From assembly GCF_004010195.1 (NCBI RefSeq), contig NC_057710.1:137336503-137400502 (forward strand): 64,000 bases of DNA. The letters are read 5' to 3'. The notes under the pieces were generated by a model that did not search any database, had not been told where the DNA came from, and worked only from the letters and a program-made list of their open reading frames with translations. Origin of the DNA: Chiloscyllium plagiosum. Its lineage: Eukaryota. Within the stretch, counting starts at the first letter, position 1. Every line of letters begins with the position of its first letter. A program made the translations under genes and the position numbers. Positions 34,721 to 47,850 of this stretch are shown here, one piece after another.

Positions 34721-37700
34721 TCTATCTCTCTGGAAATAATGCCTCATGCTTGATTTGGACTCTCTTTCTCAAATACTTACAACCTTTAGCCCTTGGAGAA
34801 CTAGATACCTACATCACAGAAAGCAGGGCTTGGGATGAACTGCATCAGGATCTGCTTGGGAGTAGATCAATACCAGAATTGCTCAAAACACCCATTAAAA
34901 CTAAGATTGCAACTACTGAAGGTGTACATATAAAGTTCACACTAAATCTGTGTTGAAAGGTTAGCCCGTTGTATTGTTTTAATTGCAATTGCCTGAACCC
35001 CAATCAGTGAATGCTCTCATGAATATATTGTGGAAGTTGACAGGAACGGTGAGACTTGCTTTTCTGCTCACATTGAGTCAGGGAGGTGCCAACCCTGCTG
35101 AGCAGAGGCTGGAGAGGATAGTTGTAGCAACAATACCATGTTAATCAGTGCTAGAGTTGGTTGCTGCTGTGCATCAGGTCTCCTCCCCTCCACTTTTCCA
35201 CTACAAAGATGGTGGGAGACCTTTTGAAGATAATCTATTGTTGAATCTGGTTCTTCCATCACCATCCTTCATGATCCCCAAAGGAGGACAAACTTTGATG
35301 ACTCAGAGGTACAAGTTCTCAAGTCTGTGCCAGATATATTTGGAATGAAAAAAAAATTGCAGAAGAAACGAGGCTAGACCTGAAGATACCAACAGACTGA
35401 CTGATACATGCTCACTACTCTTACTCAGCTGAGATGATACTATACATTCAAACCACCAATGAATTTAAAGCAGAAAATTGTTCATAAACACCAGACATTG
35501 CAAGACTGGTTTGAGGATGCGGAAAAGAGCTGCAAACAAATGTTTGTTTCATTCAAATTTCTGCTAATTATGTGCTGAAATAAACATTAAAATTACCAAG
35601 TGACAGTAAACCTGACTTTTTTATGAAATTTCAGTTTGCAAGAAAGGGAGAGAATGTGTGAAAGTTTACAAGATTCACGAAAGTGAGAGTGTGAATGTGA
35701 CTGTTTAATGTGCCCATTTTGATAAAAGATTGCACACCCCTAACTGGGATTGAAAAATGCATTATTTTAAGTTAAAAATGCTGTTATTATTTTGTTTTCA
35801 TTAAAATGTACTTATCACAGATTCATATGTACTTCTCTGTACTGAAGAGCATTTCAAAAAGAAAAGAAAAAAAAAGATCTTTTAGCCTTGAAATTATGTT
35901 GACTCAGACATCTGGTCGAAATTCAATTTATATCTTTTCTAAACACTTTACACTCTTCAGCAAGATCACAATGGACTCTATTTCTCTCTTAAAAAATAGA
36001 GATGATGACTTTCCACAGTCTGCAAGAATTCTGATAAAGCTGCCAAATCTTAGCTGCACTAAGAATTTAAAATATTAAATGGAGACGTCAAGTGCTATAG
36101 CACAGGGATAATTTGAACTGAGGCTTCAGATTTCAAAGACTTGCCCTTAACCTTTCAGGCCATTAGTGATCTTCGAAGACAAAGTGTTTAAAGACAGAAG
36201 CTATGAAAGATACCAAATTAACTGCATGCAGTTTTGCCTCTAATGCAAAAATACCAAGTAAAACCAAGCCTACACATCATTGTGTCTGAGACAGGAACTG
36301 ATGGAATAAATGAATGGGAGTGATCATTCTAGGCACTCGAGAAGGGAAACTTTGCCTGAAATTTATGAAGATAATCAAATTTTCATTTAAAAGAAACAAA
36401 CATAAAGAAGTCAGGTTGGTTCTGATGTTTCAGGGAAGAAAAGTTTAGGGAAAATAAATTGAACGTTGACAATAATTGCTGGATCAAGAAACTTGAGTTT
36501 GAGGTAACTTTGAAATAAAATATCAGAGATGATTTAACAGTGACTTTTTATAAATATTGTAAAAAGATTATTAAACTGAAGAACAAAAGAAGTGACCGAT
36601 TGAAATTAAGTAGGAACATTTGAATTTGTTTTAAAGATTGGATTGGACAGAAAATGTCCTCCAGGCTTTCAAACAAGGCCAAATAGTTTTCAATGGGGAT
36701 GCTCCACTTACAATAGAAGATACAGAATGGAAAACCAATCCAAACTGTGATTGATAGATTCTATTGATTGGTGATTTTTCAAACCTGGTATTAATGTAAA
36801 GTCTCATTAAAGGAAGGTATAGATGAGACTAATTGATAAGTATCTCTTGGAGGTGTTTGCATCCTTTGCCCAGGAACATTTAAAAAAACAAACCACAACC
36901 TGACCATTCAAGGGAAAAAAGGCAAAGATTTTGAGACAGATGCCACCCCTTAACATTTACCACCAGACTTTCAGGTAAGATTATCTGAAATTCCAACAAC
37001 GATTCATCACAAGATATATGTAGCCTGACATTGAGATATCAGTAAGAGTGCAACCAATGGCGACTTACTTAATTAACATTTGGAAATGCATAGTTAATGT
37101 GTCCAGAGATGTGACAGAACATTTTAAAATGATGAAGTCATTGAAATAGATCACATAGAAACCAACCCTGAAACAATCAAGATAGGATTGAGGATATTGG
37201 AAGCTGTCAAAATTAAGCAGAAATATGAAATGTGGATTAAGAAAATTAGAGATAGAATTGTCACAGAGCTATCCACAAGTGAATAGAGAACTGTAGAAGC
37301 AGGTTCATGTGTGATCTGTTGTTTGAAATTTAGGTAATTGCAACATACAAATAGTTTAGAATCAGTAGCACACATGTAAAACATTAAAAAAATGACTTGA
37401 TGGATGATCTGCAGACATGGTAGTGCTCACATTACAGGTAAGGTTATTCCTGGTGACAGGTCAAGAATTTGTGTTGTTAACAATAACTTTGGTGCATTAC
37501 CCTATGGTGTCTGATTAAGTAGTTAGGAAATTAAACCAATAACTTTGTAATAGCTAGGCTAGACAGGAGCCATTTATGATAAATCAGTAACAATACTTCT
37601 CCTTGTTAGGTGATTGTAAGAAGTGATGTTATAAAATCTTACGAACCTAATTCAAATTTTATAGGTAGTTCTCGCTCATGCTCTCAAGGAAGATTTCATA

Positions 37701-38449
37701 GCAGTCTACTATGAAATCACAATATACTGCTGCCAGAGGAAATCAATCATCTGGGCATTGTTCTAATTCCATGTTCTAACTAATCCAAGATCATCAGCTG
37801 GGCCCACAATGTGAAGCATTGGTATGTGCTAGAAGCTGTATACAAAATATTCAAGACCCTGTTTTATGCAGGCAAAAGCAATTTGTACATACATTGCACT
37901 TTTTTTTAAAACAAGTTCATGGACAGAGCCAAACTGATGCAAGCCAGAACAACTCCCTAATCAATCATTTGAGAATTAAGATTGATAGTTAATTGCTATC
38001 GCTGAATCTCTTTTCTCCCCCTGAAGTCTGTTTCTTGCGTCATGACCTTTGTGAATACAAGATTAAAGGTTTCAATTTGTAACCTCCTTTTAACAATTAA
38101 GTGATGCCTTGATCCTGGTATCTTCCCTTTGCTGGAGTATTTTGTAAGTTCTCCTACCTAAAATAATAGTTATTCCACCTAACATTTTTTTGTGCTAGAA
38201 AATACTTAAAATATTTCCAGTCTTATCTTTCCCTGTTGTCATAATCCATTATGTTGGTATAAAGAAACCTAGCTTTTAAATTCCAGAGAACAGAGTGGAC
38301 ATAATATATGGGCTCGAAAATGTGTCTATGTGGACACTGAAGATCAGCCTGTCAGCATATGTTTCACTTTGAAATAAACGTACTTACAGCATTGGAAGGG
38401 TTGACTTATTTTACCACATTTTCTCTCAACTAATTTCTGTACTCAACAT

Positions 38450-38830
38450 AGAATCACAGTACAAAACAACTTGCACAGTTGTTAAGAAGTCCCAAAGCAT
38501 TTTAATCACTGTTAGATAGAAAAACTGTGGTCATCTAATTTGCACAAAGGTCACCCAAACTGCAAGTCAGATGCATGATTTTGATGATAATTATGGAAGG
38601 GATATTGGCAGTGACTCTTCTTCAATTACTGAAATATGAACCTTTAGCCCACCTGAATAGGAGACAGAACTTCTGCTAACACCCTACATGAAAGATTATG
38701 CTTCTGACAATTCAGCAATCTCCCAATATTGTGCTTAAGTGTCAGCCCACATGATGCTTTGATGGAATACAGCTTGAACCCTCAATCTGCCTATTCAAAT
38801 GTGCAAGTGTTTCTGACTGAGCAAAAACAC
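38450..38830 (-). mobile_element. Degenerate Deu-domain SINE
   Basis: Reverse complement colinear with 29965-30370 (gggttcaag, ggctgacactt, caggtgggctaaa, ccaatatccc). Confidence 0.5.
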
Positions 38831-39029
38831 TATAAAGTGATTATTGAGGTTTGTTATTGGTGGAAGACATCAAGATCAGTCAAGTGCAAATTTGGGTGGT
38901 GGAAAAAGAGATTTGCTGACTGCATTTGTCACTGTCTTCCATTGTGGCAACAAAAACAACTCAGAAGTCATGGCTAGATCCCAAATTTGGAAATGCACCA
39001 ATAAAGGCTAGTTCTCTCGAACAGCCTTT

Positions 39030-39990
39030 TAACAAAAAGAGTTTTTATTCTTTCACAGAACATGGGTGTCACTGTCAAGGCCAACATATTTTGGCCTTTG
39101 AGAAGATGCTGCTGAGACAACGTTTTGAGCTGCTCAACAGGACTACAGGCAGACCTGTACCAATGTGGAAAGAAGTGCCTGAATTTTGGTCTAGTGACCA
39201 TGAAAGAACAGTGATATACGTCCAAGTCAAGGATGGCATGAATTGAAAAACAGTATGCAGCTGGTGATGATGTTTCCATAAAGTTTTGTCCTTGTCCCAA
39301 GTGTCAAAGTTGAGAGTTTAGAAGGTGCTATCAATACAGATTTGCGTTGTTGCAGTGCATCTTGTAGAGGTTGCCACTCCAAGTCAGTAGCAGAGGGAGT
39401 GAATATTAAAGTCAGTGTGTATGCTTCTGATCAAGTGGGCTGTTTTTTATCTGGATGTTTTCGAGCTTCTTGAGAATTCTGAGCTGTATTCCTTCTTTCA
39501 GAAAGCAACTGGACAGTATTCAGTCATACTCAAGATTGTGCTTTGTAGATGGTGGACAAGCTTAGGGAGTCAGGTGAGTTACTCAGTGCTGAGTCTTGGA
39601 CTCTGACCTGCTCTTCTCTGCACAGTATTCATATGGTTAGTCCAGTTCTGTTTCTGGTCAATGGCAACACCTGCCCCCAGGGATGATTTCGTCGGGGATT
39701 TAGCAATGATAATACAGGGAATGTCAAAAGGATGTGGTTCAAATCTCTCTTGTTGGAGATGGTCTTTGACTGGCAATTTTGAGAGATGAATGTCACTTAC
39801 CCCAATCCTGAATGTTGCCAGATCTCGCTGTATATCGACCCTGACTGCTTCAGTATCTTAGGAGTTGCAAATGGAACAAAATGTTGTACAGCAGACATTC
39901 TCAGATCAGACTTTATGATTTAAGGAAGATCAATGATGAAGTAGCTGAAGATGGTTGGACCTAAAACACTATCCGTAGGAACTCAGAGGA
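39030..39990 (-). mobile_element. CR1/L2-group LINE 3' fragment
   Basis: Reverse complement of the family at 7150-7790 and 49310-50120; includes ttcctacggatagtgttttaggtccaaccatcttcagctacttcatc RT motif. Confidence 0.65.
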
Positions 39991-40138
39991 TTCCAGTGGC
40001 ACAGTCCGCACCTATTAGTTAGGAGATCCAGGTTCAAGTCCCATCTGCTCCAGGGGTGACCACAGTTTTGTTTGGGCTCCTTGAAGCCACACTTGGTCAG
40101 AAGCTGCCATAATATCAAGGGCAGTAACGATCAGCTCA

Positions 40139-41750
40139 GTTGAATTGAATTGAATTGGATTTACTGACACGTGTACCGAGGCACAGTGAAAAGCAGACCA
40201 CAGAGTTAAATAGCACAGATAGTAAATAATAGGTAAACAGTGGCAAAACAAAAACACAGGTACAGGTGAATGTTAAGAGTTTGAGTGTCCATTCAGTATT
40301 GTAACAACAGTAGGGTAGAAATTGTTTTGAAACCGGCTGGTGCATATTCAGGCTTCTGTACCTTCTCCCTGATGGTAGAGGTTGTAGAAAAGCATTGCCA
40401 GGGTGGGATGGATCTTCGAGAATGCTGGCGGCCTTTCCTTGATAACGGGCCTGGTAGATGGATTCTGTAGATGGGAGGTTGGCCTTTGTGATTGTCCGGA
40501 CCCAGTTCACCACTCTCTGTAACTGTCTCAGATCTTGAATGGTATAGTTACCATACAGGCAGTGATACATCCAGACAGAACGCTCTATAAAAGTTGGCAA
40601 GGGTATTCTCCGTCATGCCAAATTTCCTCAGCTGCCTGAGGAAGAGGAGACGTGTTGGGCCTTTGTAACCAATGCATCCACATGAAGAGTCCAAGCAAGC
40701 TTGTTTTGGATGACCACTCCCAGGAGCTTGATACTCTCCTCGCGTTCCACCTCTGTGCTGTTAATGTGTAGGGGGGCATGAGTAACATCCCGACAAAAGT
40801 CAGTAATGAGTTCCTTGGTTTTGCCGGCATTGAGAGTGAGGTTGTTCTTAGTGCACCATTTTTCCAGGCCTTCCAGTCTCATCTGTAGCCTGTTTTGTCG
40901 TTATCTGAAATTCAACCGACTATCAGCAAACTTGTAAATGGCGACACAGCCTGGTATTTGGCGACACAGTCATGTGTATATAGTGAGTACAGTAGGGGGC
41001 TGAGTACGCACCCCTGGGGGGCTCCAGCGTTGAGTGTTAGTAGGATGAAATAATATTCCCAATCTTCACTGATTGTGGCCTGTGGGTCAGGAAACGGAGG
41101 ATCCAGTTCCAGAGAGTGGGGCTTCGTTTGAGATCACTAAGTTTAGTAATCAGTCTTGAGGGGAAAATAGTGTTGAAGGCTGAACTGTAGTCAATGAGTA
41201 GGAGTCTTACGTAGTTGTTCTTGGTGTCAAGTGATATGGCATCTGACGTGGATCTGTTGGTCGATTAGGCAAATTGGAGTGGGTCAAGAATAGTGGGGAG
41301 GCTGGAGTTGATTAATGCCATGACCATCCTTTCAAAGCACTTTATGATCACTGGACGGTAGTAATTGAGACATGCTTCATGAGCCTTCTTAGGCACAGGG
41401 ATGATATTGGCCCTCTTGAAACAGGCGAGGACAGTGGCCTGCTGGTGGGATAGGTTGAAGATGTCCGAGAAGACCTCTGCCAGTTGATTTGCACATGCTC
41501 TGATTATGCGGCTGAGTACTCTGCCTGGCCCCATCGCTTTCCTACAATTCACACAAAGGAAAATTGATCTGACCTCTGATGCAATGACTTTGGCATAGGT
41601 TTGTCAGGACTTACGGAAAAGGTGTTACCTCTCCGCCGAAATTCTGCTCAAAGCCAGCAAAGAAGGCGTTGAGACAATCTGGGAGGGATGTCTCCTATCG
41701 TCTGCTATCTTACAATGTTTCTTTTTAGAACTTGTGATGTCATTCAACTG
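40139..41750 (-). mobile_element. Rex1/Babar non-LTR retrotransposon ORF fragment
   Basis: CANQLAEVFSDIFNLS, IIPVPKK, LDPLQFA, WCTKNNLTLNAGKTKELITDF, DPSHPGNAFLQPLPSGRRYRSL; (ttcaa)n tail; frameshifted. Confidence 0.88.
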
Positions 41751-42199
41751 TGGAATTCAGTTGTGGAATTTTGTAAGGCTGCAATGAAGTCTGGAGCCAA
41801 GCGATCAGGCAGAACCAAAACTGAGCGTGGTCAATGACACCTTCCGTCACTTTGCTGATGACAGAAAGCAGTCTAAGGGGATGGTAATTGGCTGAATTTT
41901 CCAAGCCAGGTTCTGTCCACTTTTTTTTGTGGACATAACCTACTTGGAAAATTTCACCATTGCAACATAGATGCCAGTGTTATAGGTAGCCTTTCGTTAA
42001 TTTATGGTGTTTACAACAGCAACAAGATTCCAGTTTATTCATTAATCCAGTTCCTCCATTGTAAATTGAAATAGGAGCTTTGGAGCCTTTAGCCACAACG
42101 GATGTCATAATTCTATTATGGAAACAGTCAGGAATCTAACTTCAGGCACAGCAGATGGTAGGGACAACAATGAGAAGGGAGGCAGTCAACATAGATCTC

Positions 42200-44230
42200 T
42201 GTTTGTTGTACTTAAATGCAAGCAGTGTATGATGAAACATGAGGGCAAGGTAACTAGTATTATAAAATAAAATTGCAAGAGCCTTTTATAGATCTTCAAA
42301 AAGACAAGAGAAAGACAACAGTGGACAATGGACTGCTGGAAAACAAGGCTAGAGAAATAGCCACAGGGAAACAAAGGAATGACAAGAGAAGTGAATAGGT
42401 TCTTTGCATTAGTTTTCGCAGTGGAAGACATACCAGAACTTCAAAAGAATTAGGAGGCACAGGTGAGTGAAGTTGCCATCACTAATGCGAAGGTGTTGGA
42501 AAAACCAAAAGGTTTGAAGGTGGATAAATCATCCATACAAGATGGATTACATGCAAGGGTTCCGAAGGAGATAGCAGGGGAGACTGTGGCAATCTTTCAG
42601 GAATCACTGGAGTCAGGAAAGGTCCCAGAGGACTGGTAACTGGCTGATATACAAGATGGATTACATGCAAGGGTTCCGAAGGAGATAGCAGAGGAGACTG
42701 TAGCAATCTTTCAGGAATCACTGGAGTCAGGAAAGGTCCCAGAGGACTGGTAACTGGCTGATGTAACACCCCTGTTTAAAGGAGGGAGGGAAGAAGAAGA
42801 CAGAAAAGCAAATGCCGTTAAGTTTGGCCTCAGTTATTGGGTAGATTTGAGTGATCATTAATAAGGATGAGATCACTGAATACATGGACGCGCGTGGAAA
42901 GATAGGATGGTGTCAGCACAGCCTCGTCAAGGGGAGGTCATGTCTGACAAATCTGTTAGAGCTCTTTGGCAGTGGTAATAGGCAAGTTAGTCAAAGGAGA
43001 GCCAATGGATATGATCTATTTGGATTTCCAGAAGCTCTTTGACAAGGTACTGCACAGGGGACAGCTACATAAGAGCCCATGGCATTAGGGGCAAGATATT
43101 GGCATGGATGGAGGATTAACTGACTGGCAGAGAGTAGCAAAAGAAGAGTCTTTTTCATGATTGCAGATAGTGACTAGTGAGTTCCACAGGCATCAGTGTT
43201 GGGACAACTATCCATGCTGTATATTAGTGATCTGGATGAAGAAACTGAGAGCATTGTTGCTAAGTTTGCAGATGCAACAAAGGTAGGTGGAGGGACAGAT
43301 ATTGCTGAGGAAGTGGAGAGACTAGATAAGGACTTGGAAAGGCTAGGACAGGAGGTAAAGAAGTAGCAGCTGGAATTAATATGGGAAAGTGTACAGTTAT
43401 GCACTTTGATAGTTCGTTTGTTCTGTGTCAGACTACTCTCCTACGAACCTGACCTTGAGAATTTTTTTAAAACAGATAGGGAGAATACAGACATAGACTA
43501 TTTTCTAAACAGGGGAAAGGCATCAGAAATCTAAAGCAAAAGGGGACTTGGGAGTTCTGGGTCAGGATTCTCTGAAGGTTAACATGCTGATTCAATTGTC
43601 AGTTAGGAAGGCAAATGCAATGTTAACATTCACCACAACAGGGCTAGAATACAAGAGCAGAAATGTATTGCTGAGGCTGCAAAAGGCTCTCGTCAGACCT
43701 CATTTGGAATATTATGAATAGTTTTAGGTTCCATATCTAAGGAATGATGTGTTGATGTTGGAGGGGTTCCAGAGGAGGTTTACAAGAATGATCTTGGGCC
43801 TGAGGGCTTGTCATGCAAGGAGTAGGTGAGGACTGTGGGTCTGTACTTGACATAGGTTAGAAGGATGAAAGAGGATCAGATTAAAATTTATAGAATATTG
43901 AAAGGCCTGCATAGAATGGACATGGGGAAGCTGTTTCCACTAGTAAGAGAGACTAGGACCCAAGGGTACACCCCTCAGAGTGAAGGAACGATCCTTTAGA
44001 ACTAAGAGACAGAGAAATTTCTTCAGCCAGAGAATGGTGAATCTGTGGAACTCATTGCCTCAGATGGCTGTGGAAGTCAAGTCATTGAGTGTGTTTAAGA
44101 CTGAGATGAATAGGTTCTTGATCAGTAAGGGAATCAAAAGTTACAGGGAGAAGACAGGAGAATGAGATCAAATTGATTGAATAGCAGAGCAGACTCAATG
44201 GCCTGAATGGCTTAGTTCTTCTCTTATGGC
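42200..44230 (+). mobile_element. CR1 LINE ORF2 remnant
   Basis: [45 protein letters not shown]; tail ggcctgaatggc. Confidence 0.88.
42535..42762. repeat. 114-bp tandem duplication inside CR1
   Basis: 42535-42648 repeated at 42649-42762 with two substitutions. Confidence 0.95.
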
Positions 44231-44529
44231 ATTATTCATCATTTTCTTTCCTTCAATAATGTTCTCTTTTCCAAGGTGTTGGCTCCTTGCCCAAGTACAC
44301 TTGCCCTGAGGTACCACATTCAAGCATGAGGTATGATTGGGAATATCAGGTTATGCAACCATCACGGAGCTACTGCAGCTACCTGTCTTCACCAGACGAT
44401 CATGCGTGTACACTTCTGTTGGAACAGATTGATCAGGTGAATGAACTCTGGACAACGTTCCCTTCCTTAACCTTGGGATGCTGAGACCACTTGCAGCAAC
44501 TAAACAGTTGCCCCAGCTGGAATTAATCA

Positions 44530-44694
44530 GATGACTTTATAGAGGTTTATAAAATCATGAGGAGCAAGGATAGGGTGAATAGCCAAAGTCTTTTTTTCCC
44601 CAGGGCAGGGGAGTCCAAACACTAGAGGGCATAGGTATAAAGTGAGAGGGGAAAGATTTAAAATAGACCTGAGAGGCAACCTTTTCCATGATTA

Positions 44695-44726
<32 letters not shown>

Positions 44727-44920
44727 GTGCAGGAGGAGAAGGATAGAGCACATGAATGGAATGAGCTGCCAGAGGGAATGTTGGAGGCAGATACAATTAC
44801 AACATCTAAAAGGCAACTGAATGGGTACATGAAAGGGAAAGGGGACTAGGTCAGATTGGGATGTCTGGTTGGCACAGACAAGTTGGACCAAAGGATCTGT
44901 TTCTGTGGTGTACGGGTCTA
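44530..44920 (+). mobile_element. CR1 3' fragment with internal poly-G run
   Basis: atagaggtttataaaatcatgagg...ggaaagatttaaa...gttggaccaaaggatctgtttc; G-run at about 44699-44722. Confidence 0.8.
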
Positions 44921-45411
44921 CATCAGTGTATACTGGAAGCTGATTGGGGGATCTACACAATAGATCCAGCTTGGCTAATGGATAAATTGAGCTAATTTTA
45001 AAACAAAAATCAAGCTACGAAGATTTTGTTCTTCTGATTGTAGACTTTGAATTGTTTATATTTTGTTAGAACACTATAGCGCAAAATTACTGAGCCACTA
45101 TGTTTCCTTACTTAGGCATCAGATCTAAACCATTTTTTCACTCACTTTCAAATGAGAAGCCTTCAAGTAGTCATATATCGCTGGACAAGCTCTCAAAACG
45201 AAGCAACTCTCCACCCCTTTTCAGCGGGTGCAAAGCTGATACTGGGATCACCTGAACAAAAGACAAGATAGGAGAGGTTCACCATATGACAGAGGAATAA
45301 TCCCAGGTTTACACTGGTTATAGAGCCTGGCCTTTCAGCTGTGAACATTACAAAAGCACAGGTGTGGTGAAAGGGTTAAAATTATGTCCCAATACATGTG
45401 TGAATCTTATT

Positions 45412-45609
45412 ATGAATATGTTACCGGAATGGAAGGTGTTGCTTAGTCTTGCCCTGTTGTTCGCATGAATATGTTACCGGAATGGAAGGTGTTGCTTAAT
45501 CTTGCCCTGTTGTTCGCATGAATATGTTACCAGAATGGAAGGTGTTGCTTAGTCTTGCCCTGTTGTTCGCATGAATATGTTACCAGAATGGAAGGTGTTG
45601 CTTAGTCTT
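45412..45609. repeat. 53-bp tandem array, 3.7 copies
   Basis: Unit atgaatatgttacc(g/a)gaatggaaggtgttgcttagtcttgccctgttgttcgc starts at 45412, 45465, 45518, 45571; enclosed by a perfect 46-bp direct repeat (45318-45363, 45608-45653). Confidence 0.97.
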
Positions 45610-45760
45610 ATAGAGCCTGGCCTTTCAGCTGTGAACATTACAAAAGCACAGGTTGAGAAACAGCACACAGAACTGTTTGCTATCAAAATCAAACGTGCTG
45701 ATTGAATACACCAGCCTACAGAACCAGAAGTTCCAAGGGATCACAATGTCATAATTGCAA

Positions 45761-45872
45761 AGTTAAAAATCACACAACACCACGTTATAGTCCAAACTAT
45801 ACCCTGGACTATAACCTGGTGTTGTATGATTTTTAACTTTGTACACTCCAGTCCAACACCAGCATCTCAAAA
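45761..45872 (+). mobile_element. Fold-back PLE family B terminal fragment
   Basis: TSD tcataattgcaa (45749-45760, 45873-45884); inverted arms aagttaaaaatcacacaacacc..ttatagtcca / tggactataacctggtgttgtatgatttttaactt. Confidence 0.8.
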
Positions 45873-45964
45873 TCATAATTGCAAGTTTGTCTTACAAAAA
45901 AAACCAAGATGCTTTGCTTTATCTCACTCTATCTTATAATTTGTTGTCCTATTTTAATATTCCA

Positions 45965-46370
45965 ATCATAGAGCTGGCAAGCACGGAAACTGACCCTTTG
46001 GCATGGACAAGTTGGACCAATCAGCCATCCCAAGTAAATCTGGTCCCATTTGCCAGCATTAGGTCCATATCCCTCTAAACCCTTCCTATTCATGTACCCA
46101 TCCAGGTGTCTTTTAAACGTTGTAATTGTACCTGTCTCCACCACTTACTCTGGCAGCTCATTTCATACATGTGAAAAAGTTGCCCCTCAGGTCTCTTTTA
46201 AATCTTTCCCCTCTCACCTGAAACATAATTCTAATTCTGGACACCCCAACCCAGGGAAAAGACCTTATACATGCCCCTGTAAAAGGTCACCCCTCAGCCT
46301 CCAACTCTTCAGGGAAAACAGCCCCAGCCTATTCAACCTCTCCCTATCGCTCAAACCCTCTAACAATCTC
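45965..46370 (-). mobile_element. CR1 3' fragment
   Basis: VETGTITTFKRHLDGYMNRKGLEGYG; matches 13800-14240. Confidence 0.85.
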
Positions 46371-46591
46371 CTTTGTTGCAGACATTCCACAATTTACGCT
46401 CCTTTTCCACATGGGATTAAGTGGAAAACATTCCCAGTAAAAAGCACAATGTGTTGAGGTACAAGGCAGAGGTACTGAACTTGTGTTTGCTCTGGCATTC
46501 CCTGCCAGCATTCCTGCTCTCCCAGTGATGACACACACACATCAGAATGTGATATTCACAGATACTGATCACTCTCCATTAATTGGCTGCT

Positions 46592-46683
46592 TCTGGATTA
46601 GTGGTGCTGGAAGAGCACAGCAATTCAGGCAGCATCCGAGGACAGGCAAAATCGACGTTTCAGGCAAAAGCCCTTCATCAGGA
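46592..46683 (-). mobile_element. 92-bp PLE family A mini-insertion
   Basis: Perfect 14-bp TSD attaattggctgct (46578-46591, 46684-46697). Confidence 0.88.
46654..46681 (-). ncRNA. Minimal hammerhead ribozyme motif (PLE family A)
   Basis: Minus strand CTGATGA-A-GGGC-tttt-GCCT-GAAA-CG-TC; canonical CUGAUGA core, one G-U pair in stem II. Confidence 0.75.
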
Positions 46684-47850
46684 ATTAATTGGCTGCTGTT
46701 CACTTAGGAGTCAAGGCAGAGAATTTGTGAACAGTTTCACTGTTGATCTCACCCTGTGCTCATCCAGGAGCTATATCCAACAGGAACTACTAGACAGCAA
46801 ATTAACCTGGAATGTGTGTTTGGCAGTCTGAATAAAAGGAAAGGGAGGGAAAGGGTAGTTGCTATTTCCCCAGCACATTCATGAGACGAGGGTTGGGACT
46901 TCATTATCAGGGAGGGAAGATCGTTTCCCAACGCTGACAAGAGAAAGGAAGGTGGCATTTTGCTGGAAGTGGTCAAAATGTAGAGGATGACCTCTTGATA
47001 CAGAGAGTAATTAGAAGGGGAAACCTTAAAGTGGTTCTACAGGGTGAAAAGTGACGTGGTGACAGCAGACATGAGAAGACATGATTGAGAGTCTCATCAT
47101 ACACACTGAACAGAAAACTTCAGTTAAGTACAAATGAAAATGCAATAGAAGCAGTGATACGAAATGGGATGCCAGGAAAACTGTAAAATCCATCAGACCC
47201 AGTCCAGACTACAATAACTATCATCATTCCAGACCCCTCTGCAGCTGGACTATCCTCCTGGAAATACTGCTCTCTGTAGTTCAGCTTGCCTGGACTACCT
47301 TTGTATGGTTCCATCCTTATTTATCCAGCTGTAGCTGACTCATCTCCAATATTTAATGTTTCTACCTCAGCACGACTACCTACATAATCCTCCCTGGATC
47401 CAATGTATACTTGGCCCTCCTCCATGAATAAATAGTTCCATTTGGTGACAACTTATAGACACATGGTTAACTTCCATGTACGTATTGATGATAGGCAGCA
47501 GCACCACCTTTCAGTCTGCCTTCCACCTCCATGTTGTCAGATTGTGTAGGAAATCCAGCCTTGAATGCGGCGCCATTTTCCTCAGCTGAAGCATGGAAAC
47601 ACCAAAACGTCTAGCATCTCCGTTCACTGTCAGTGCTCCTCTTAAACTTGACAGCAGCAGAGTCTGCCCACGCACATTTAAGTGTGGAAACCGTGCTCTC
47701 AGAGATTCACATTTTTCCATAACTTTCATTGTTGAAGTGCCCTCCACAGAACGCAATCATTGGGAAGTTACCAAACTGATGAGAACCCTTTTGTTCCTTT
47801 AAAAAATTCCAAAATGACAATATCCTGCAAATACAATGTTATCATGTCTT

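Noticed and set aside
35900-37900. Possible very old LTR-element pol remnant
   Set aside because: A-rich, coding-like texture but no motif I can identify with confidence
44699-44722. Poly-G run as functional G-quadruplex or poly-proline ORF
   Set aside because: It lies within a dead CR1 fragment; homopolymer expansion or sequencing artefact is more likely
45412-45609. CRISPR-like array
   Set aside because: Units abut with no unique spacers, there are no cas genes, and the context is a vertebrate intron
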